DNA of 63,998 nucleotides, counting the filler, from Stramenopiles sp. TOSAG23-6 (lineage: Eukaryota): the NCBI GenBank assembly GCA_900128565.1. It is 8 parts of 8 records of this genome, joined end to end, with 100 filler letters (N's around TTAATTAATTAA, not from the genome) between each part and the next. Parts side by side here need not be neighbours in the genome. Positions count along the whole stretch, not along the records: positions 56,154 to 63,998 come from LT636509.1; 7 more parts are not named here. One strand, given 5' to 3'. The translations under genes and the position numbers were made by a program. The notes beneath the pieces are model-generated. The model was given only the letters and a program-made list of their open reading frames with translations, did not search any database and was not told the DNA's origin. This document shows, piece by piece, positions 59,453-63,998 of this stretch. Positions within the stretch are counted from its first letter, which is position 1; the number at the start of each line of letters is the position of its first letter.

Positions 59453-62118
59453 ATGGCGGGTGGACAAGTTAACATGCCGGAAATCCTGGCCAACTGTCAG
59501 GTTCCAAACGACGAGATTCGTAATCACGCGGAGAAAATGTTGACCGATATGCGGAACAGCAACCTTGGTGCTTTTGTGTCTTTACTCGCCCAAGAACTCT
59601 GTGTTGAGGGTAAGAATGTTCAACTACGTCAGCTCGCTGGTTTACAGCTTAAGAATACATTGGATGCTCAAGATGAGGCGCTTGCTCAGCAACGTGCTGA
59701 TGCCTGGCTTTCTGTTGCTCCAGAGATTCGCGCCAAAGTAAAACATGGGGTTTTAACAACACTTCAATCTCCTGACCACAAAGCTGCCCATACATGTGCC
59801 CAGGTGATAGCAAAAATCGCACGAATTGAGTTTCCAGCTGGTAAATGGAACGAGCTTGTGCCAACACTCCTGCAAAATGTACAACAGGAAGCAAACGACG
59901 GTTTAGTTCAATCTTCCCTTCAGTCTCTAGGGTATTTCTGCGAAGAGGTCGACGCTGACAGTATACAGCAAACAGTTGTTGATCAGATTCTTACCGCTAT
60001 TGTACAAGGCACAAAACGTCAGAAGTCAAAGGATATTGTCCATGCAGGAGCGATGGCCATGCTTCACGCGTTGGACTTTGTCCACGCTAATTTTACTAAA
60101 AAGCAGGAACGCGATGCTATCATGAGTGCCATTATGACTACTTCGTTAAATCATGAAGAGAAAGTACGCGTTGTTGCATATGAGTGTATTGGACAGGTAG
60201 CGAGCTTATACTATGAACATCTCCGAGATTATATGCAAGATCTTTTTAAAATGACTTTTAACACTGTTCGAACAGACTCTCCCACAGTGGGTATGCAAGC
60301 CCTTGAGTTTTGGTCTACTCTGTGTGACACTGAGCTCGGAATCATAGATATGAAGGAAAATGGTGAAGAAACTATTGCATGTGCCCATTACATCAAAGGT
60401 GCGTTGCATCCTCTTGTGGAGCTGTTGACCGAAACATTAACTAAACAAGATGATGTTCAAGATGATGATACTTGGAATATTGCAATGGCTGGTGGTACTT
60501 GTCTTTCTCTTGCTGCTCAAGTTGTTCGTGACGATATTGTTCCTAAAATCACACCTTTTATTCACCGAAATATTCGCGATCCAAATTGGCGCAAACGTGA
60601 AGCTGCAATGCTTGCATTCGGTTCGATAATGGAAGGTCCCGATGAACGTACATTGGGTCCTATGTATGTTTTCAAAATTGAATTTCTAATTTATTTATTT
60701 TTCATACGAAATTTTGTACCTAACGAATTTCGAATGTAACATTTTTTTTTTCACAATACATGGTGGAACAAGCATTACCTTTATTACTGAATCTGATGAA
60801 AACCGATACCGATTCGAGAGTGAAGGACACTACTGCGTGGACTATTGGTCGTATTTGTGGGTTACATATTGGAGCTGTAAAACCAGGAATGTGGCCAGAG
60901 CTAATGCATGTATTGATGCATTCTCAGAATGATGAACCACGAGTTGCTGCCAACATATGCTTCGCTTGTAATAATTTAGCTCAATCGATGGAAGAATTCT
61001 CTGATAATGAAGGAAGTAATGCTCTATCGCCATACTTCAAAGGACTTGTGGAAAAACTTTTATCTACTGCTGATCGAGACGATTGGGATATAAATAACTT
61101 ACGAGTATCAGCATATGAAGCAGTGAATATGTTGGTGTCTAGTGCTGCTGAGGATATGAAACCTCTCATTAAAGAATTAGTGCCTTATTTCTGCGGGAAG
61201 TTGAACGATTCTCTAAATTTTAAGATAGTCACTACGGATGACAAAGATGAACACTATCAGTTGCAAGCTCTTTTGTGTGGTACAATACAGACTGCGATAA
61301 ATCGTCTGGATGATGAGATAAAGTCACAAGCTGATACAATAATGAAACTTTTATTAAGGGTATTTAGCTGCAACTCGGCTACAGCTCACGAAGAAGCATA
61401 CATGGCCATTGGAGCTCTAGCAAATGCGGTTGAACAAGACTTTGATAGGTATATGAATGTATTTGTGCCATTTCTTAAACGAGGTCTCGAACGTCACGAT
61501 GAGCACCAGGTGTGTGTCGTTGCCGCTGGAGTAGTTGGTGATGTGACACGAGCGTTAGAGCAAAAGGTCACTCCTTACTGTAAAGATATAATGGCACTCC
61601 TTATCCAAAATCTCCAAAATTCTAATCTTGACCGTGCTGTGAAACCTCCAATACTCGGTGTTTTTGGAGATATTGCATTGGCTATCGGAGGTGACTTCAA
61701 TTTCTTTTTGCCAGTTGTTATGACAATGCTTCACCAGGCTGGTAAAATTCCTACTCCTGATGATGCAGATGAAGATATGGTTGAGTATATAGCCACTCTG
61801 CGAGAAAACATACTCGATGCTTATGCAGGAATTATCCAGGGTATGCATGAAGGCAATCAAGCTGCAATGCTCGCTCCATTTGCTGACCAAATTGGTCAGT
61901 TTCTTGGCACAGTTTCAATGGATCCTCAAAGAGATGATGCTACTAGTCGCTCTATTGCCGGTGTGTTAGGTGATTTAGCAATGTCTTTGGGAAGTAGGGT
62001 AAAACCAATCGTGACTCATCAGTTTGCACAGGGTGTCCTTGGAGATTGCAAAAATTCTCCAAATGAAGATACGCGTGAAATGGGGAAATGGGCGACTACT
62101 AAAATTTTGGAACTCTGA
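59453..62118 (+). CDS. KPNB1: importin subunit beta-1; GT-AT intron 60664-60761
   Basis: RQLAGLQLKN, QALEFWST, DDDTWNIAMAGGTCL, WRKREAAMLAFGSIMEGP, VKDTTAWTIGRIC, VKPPILGVFGDIALAIG. Confidence 0.96.
60664..60761 (+). mobile_element. introner-like GT-AT intron
   Basis: CCT AT|GTATG..CATACGAAATTTTGTACCTAAC..CAATACAT|G GTG; no AG anywhere in the intron; restores TLGPMVEQALP. Confidence 0.88.
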
Positions 62119-62409
62119 AGACTTCACACTCATATCAAATTAGTGAAAGTATAGAGATAAAATATAGAAATGATCTATTTACTTCAGCAGACGTGCATGT
62201 TTGCAGCAAATATGGAATGGACTTTTCTTTTTTGTCAAAGTCGAAGCTTTAGATGCTTTGAGAAGTATAATGTTTTTGAATAATATTACTACTTCAAGCT
62301 TTCAAACTTCTAATAAAAGATATCACANTGNANTTNAAAAAGCNTTCTANGTATTGTATAAATCAATTTATTTTTGTAATTGTCCGTTACTTTGCAACAC
62401 GCCAGTTAT

Positions 62410-63987
62410 TCATTCAGTAATATCCTTTGGAGGCAATAGGTTTTTTCTCATAATGTATCCATCGTCGGTGATAGGTATGACATATTTTGATATGTGTTTA
62501 GGTGATTGTTTTGGCAAGGATAGCCCAATTGGCATTGGCACCCCAAGTGATCTAATCCCTATATAATGACACAACTCATCGAATAATATAAACCCATCGT
62601 TTTTATCATCGAGAACTCTGAATTCAGCAAAATATTCTTTAGTAGAAAGTCGAGCTCCAAGTCTATGTAACCCATCACGAAACTCATTTATATCTATTTT
62701 TTTGTCATCATGACTTGTACTAACAGTTAGATCCATCGAATTAGTATTACTATTTACTCCAAAGACATGCCATAATTTATCAAAGAAAAAAATATTTCGT
62801 AATAAAGCTGCAAATTCGTGTTTTTTAATCCATGTTTCTTCAGTAGAGCCACCTGATTTTCGTACTGTAAAATGAAATGCACTCACCAAAGCTTCCTCAT
62901 TATTAAATCCTTTAAACCCTGGTATACATGTGATAAATGTAAGCATACTCAGAATTGAACATACACCAGTCTCCTTAGTAACTACAGTATCCCAAATTTG
63001 ACAAAGTTTCGCTTGATTTTGTAAAAAAGAATTTATTTTTTCATCACATTCCGATCGATTTTCAAGAAAGAACTTTCGTAGTCCAATTGCATCTGATACT
63101 TCAGTTTCAACTACATTTTTCGTTACATTGTTCATTGAATTCTGATTATCTAGATTTTGTGGTTTTTGTTTTCGTTTTCGTTTGTATCTTTTACTTTTGT
63201 ATTTGGAAACATGTTTGTTTATTCTGTGTGTTTTATATTTTAATTCGTATCCTTTTCTCATTTTATAAAAAATGTTACTTCTTTGTTTATACACACATGC
63301 ATACCGGTGTTTGCTCTGCTTCGTCGGTTGCATATACCCCGGTATCTTCCTGTTGTGGCTATTTTGATACGTATTTTCTGTCATTATTGGTGTTTGAGCA
63401 TTCGTATCAACAGTTATATTTTCATACGTATTTTTGGTCATTATTGGTGTTTGAGCAGTCGTATCAACAGTTATATTCTCATACGTGTTTTTGGTCATCA
63501 TTGGTGTTTGAGCAGTGGTATCAACTGTTACATGTCTGATTGGAACTGTCTGTGTATTACTTTTCCTAACAAGAGGACTATCTACTGCGTTGGAATCAGT
63601 ATTACTCGGCATTCTCATTCGCGCAACTTCTTGTACAATATTTGCCATCTCCTCAAGACGGTTTGTTGGTATGTTTGTAAATGACTTTAGCAACATTTGT
63701 TCTACATTGATGTTGTTATTTGATTCGGTTTTATCTTCCAAAACTCGTTTTAAAGCTATTTCTAGTTTCAAGAAATTTTCTAGTTGGGGTTTCTCTTCCG
63801 TGAAATACGGAGATTTCGCAATAATCTCGTTATCATTTTGTTTGATAAAAAATGTTTTGGAGTTATTCCGGTGAGCGCCATTCACAGATGTCACTTGTTT
63901 CATTTTCACATTCCATGCTACTGATGGATGCTCTTTTTGTATCTTTGCTTGTTTATCTTGATAACTTTCTGCTTTTGATTCATTCAT
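62410..63987 (-). CDS. EF-hand protein with calflagin-like C-terminal domain
   Basis: WIKKHEFAALLRNIFFFDKLWHVF, DDKKIDINEF, FRVLDDKNDGFILFDELC. Confidence 0.65.
   Translation of the reverse strand: MNESKAESYQDKQAKIQKEHPSVAWNVKMKQVTSVNGAHRNNSKTFFIKQNDNEIIAKSPYFTEEKPQLENFLKLEIALKRVLEDKTESNNNINVEQMLLKSFTNIPTNRLEEMANIVQEVARMRMPSNTDSNAVDSPLVRKSNTQTVPIRHVTVDTTAQTPMMTKNTYENITVDTTAQTPIMTKNTYENITVDTNAQTPIMTENTYQNSHNRKIPGYMQPTKQSKHRYACVYKQRSNIFYKMRKGYELKYKTHRINKHVSKYKSKRYKRKRKQKPQNLDNQNSMNNVTKNVVETEVSDAIGLRKFFLENRSECDEKINSFLQNQAKLCQIWDTVVTKETGVCSILSMLTFITCIPGFKGFNNEEALVSAFHFTVRKSGGSTEETWIKKHEFAALLRNIFFFDKLWHVFGVNSNTNSMDLTVSTSHDDKKIDINEFRDGLHRLGARLSTKEYFAEFRVLDDKNDGFILFDELCHYIGIRSLGVPMPIGLSLPKQSPKHISKYVIPITDDGYIMRKNLLPPKDITE
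63364..63531 (-). repeat. 3 x 57-bp coding tandem repeat (TVDTTAQTPMMTKNTYENI)
   Basis: Three near-identical 19-aa units in the ORF. Confidence 0.9.
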
Positions 63988-63998
63988 ATTTACATTCC

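Noticed and set aside
60662-60759. U12-type AT-AC introns
   Set aside because: No RTATCCTT donor or CCTTAAC branch site close to the acceptor; copies preceded by CT or TT and AG-ending copies do not fit that register.
7175-60761. Repeated core as a CRISPR array or a recurring protein motif (FVRNFVPN, YEILYLT, LLGTKF)
   Set aside because: Copies are dispersed inside eukaryotic genes with no spacer structure or cas genes; the peptides are translations of intron sequence.
8266-60761. Ciliate-like DNA-eliminated sequences (IES)
   Set aside because: Strict sense orientation plus donor and branch motifs point to RNA splicing; not formally excluded without RNA data.
1-63998. Alternative genetic code or an autonomous transposase in the window
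   Set aside because: Conserved genes translate cleanly with the standard code once introns are removed; no transposase, RT or Rep/helicase ORF was recognised.

Overview
AT-rich eukaryotic DNA from a flagellated protist (CFAP251, CFAP92-like and calflagin-like genes; lineage not determinable here). It is eight ~7.9-kb contigs joined by artificial 100-bp N/TTAATTAATTAA/N spacers. Recognisable genes include NADH-glutamate synthase, NOC1, NOC3, GrpE, DDRGK1, CFAP251, MPP-alpha, ADP/ATP carrier, TMEM115, SEC11, UDP-sugar pyrophosphorylase, importin beta and an LRR protein. The main signal is a family of roughly 35-40 near-identical, mostly 83-125-nt gene-interrupting elements: GTAYGTTTT..T-rich..TTTCRTACGAAATTTTGTACCTAAC..GAAATATTTTTCCAAAATACAT. 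They lie sense to the host gene. In many copies, conserved reading frames are restored only if the element is removed as a non-canonical GT-AT intron; a few copies end in AG and one appears to be AT-AT. Short terminal inverted repeats, a strong preference for an upstream AT or T, palindromic cores and nucleosome-sized spacing suggest an introner-type mobile element read by a spliceosome with a relaxed 3' splice site. Splicing is inferred from DNA alone and needs RNA confirmation.
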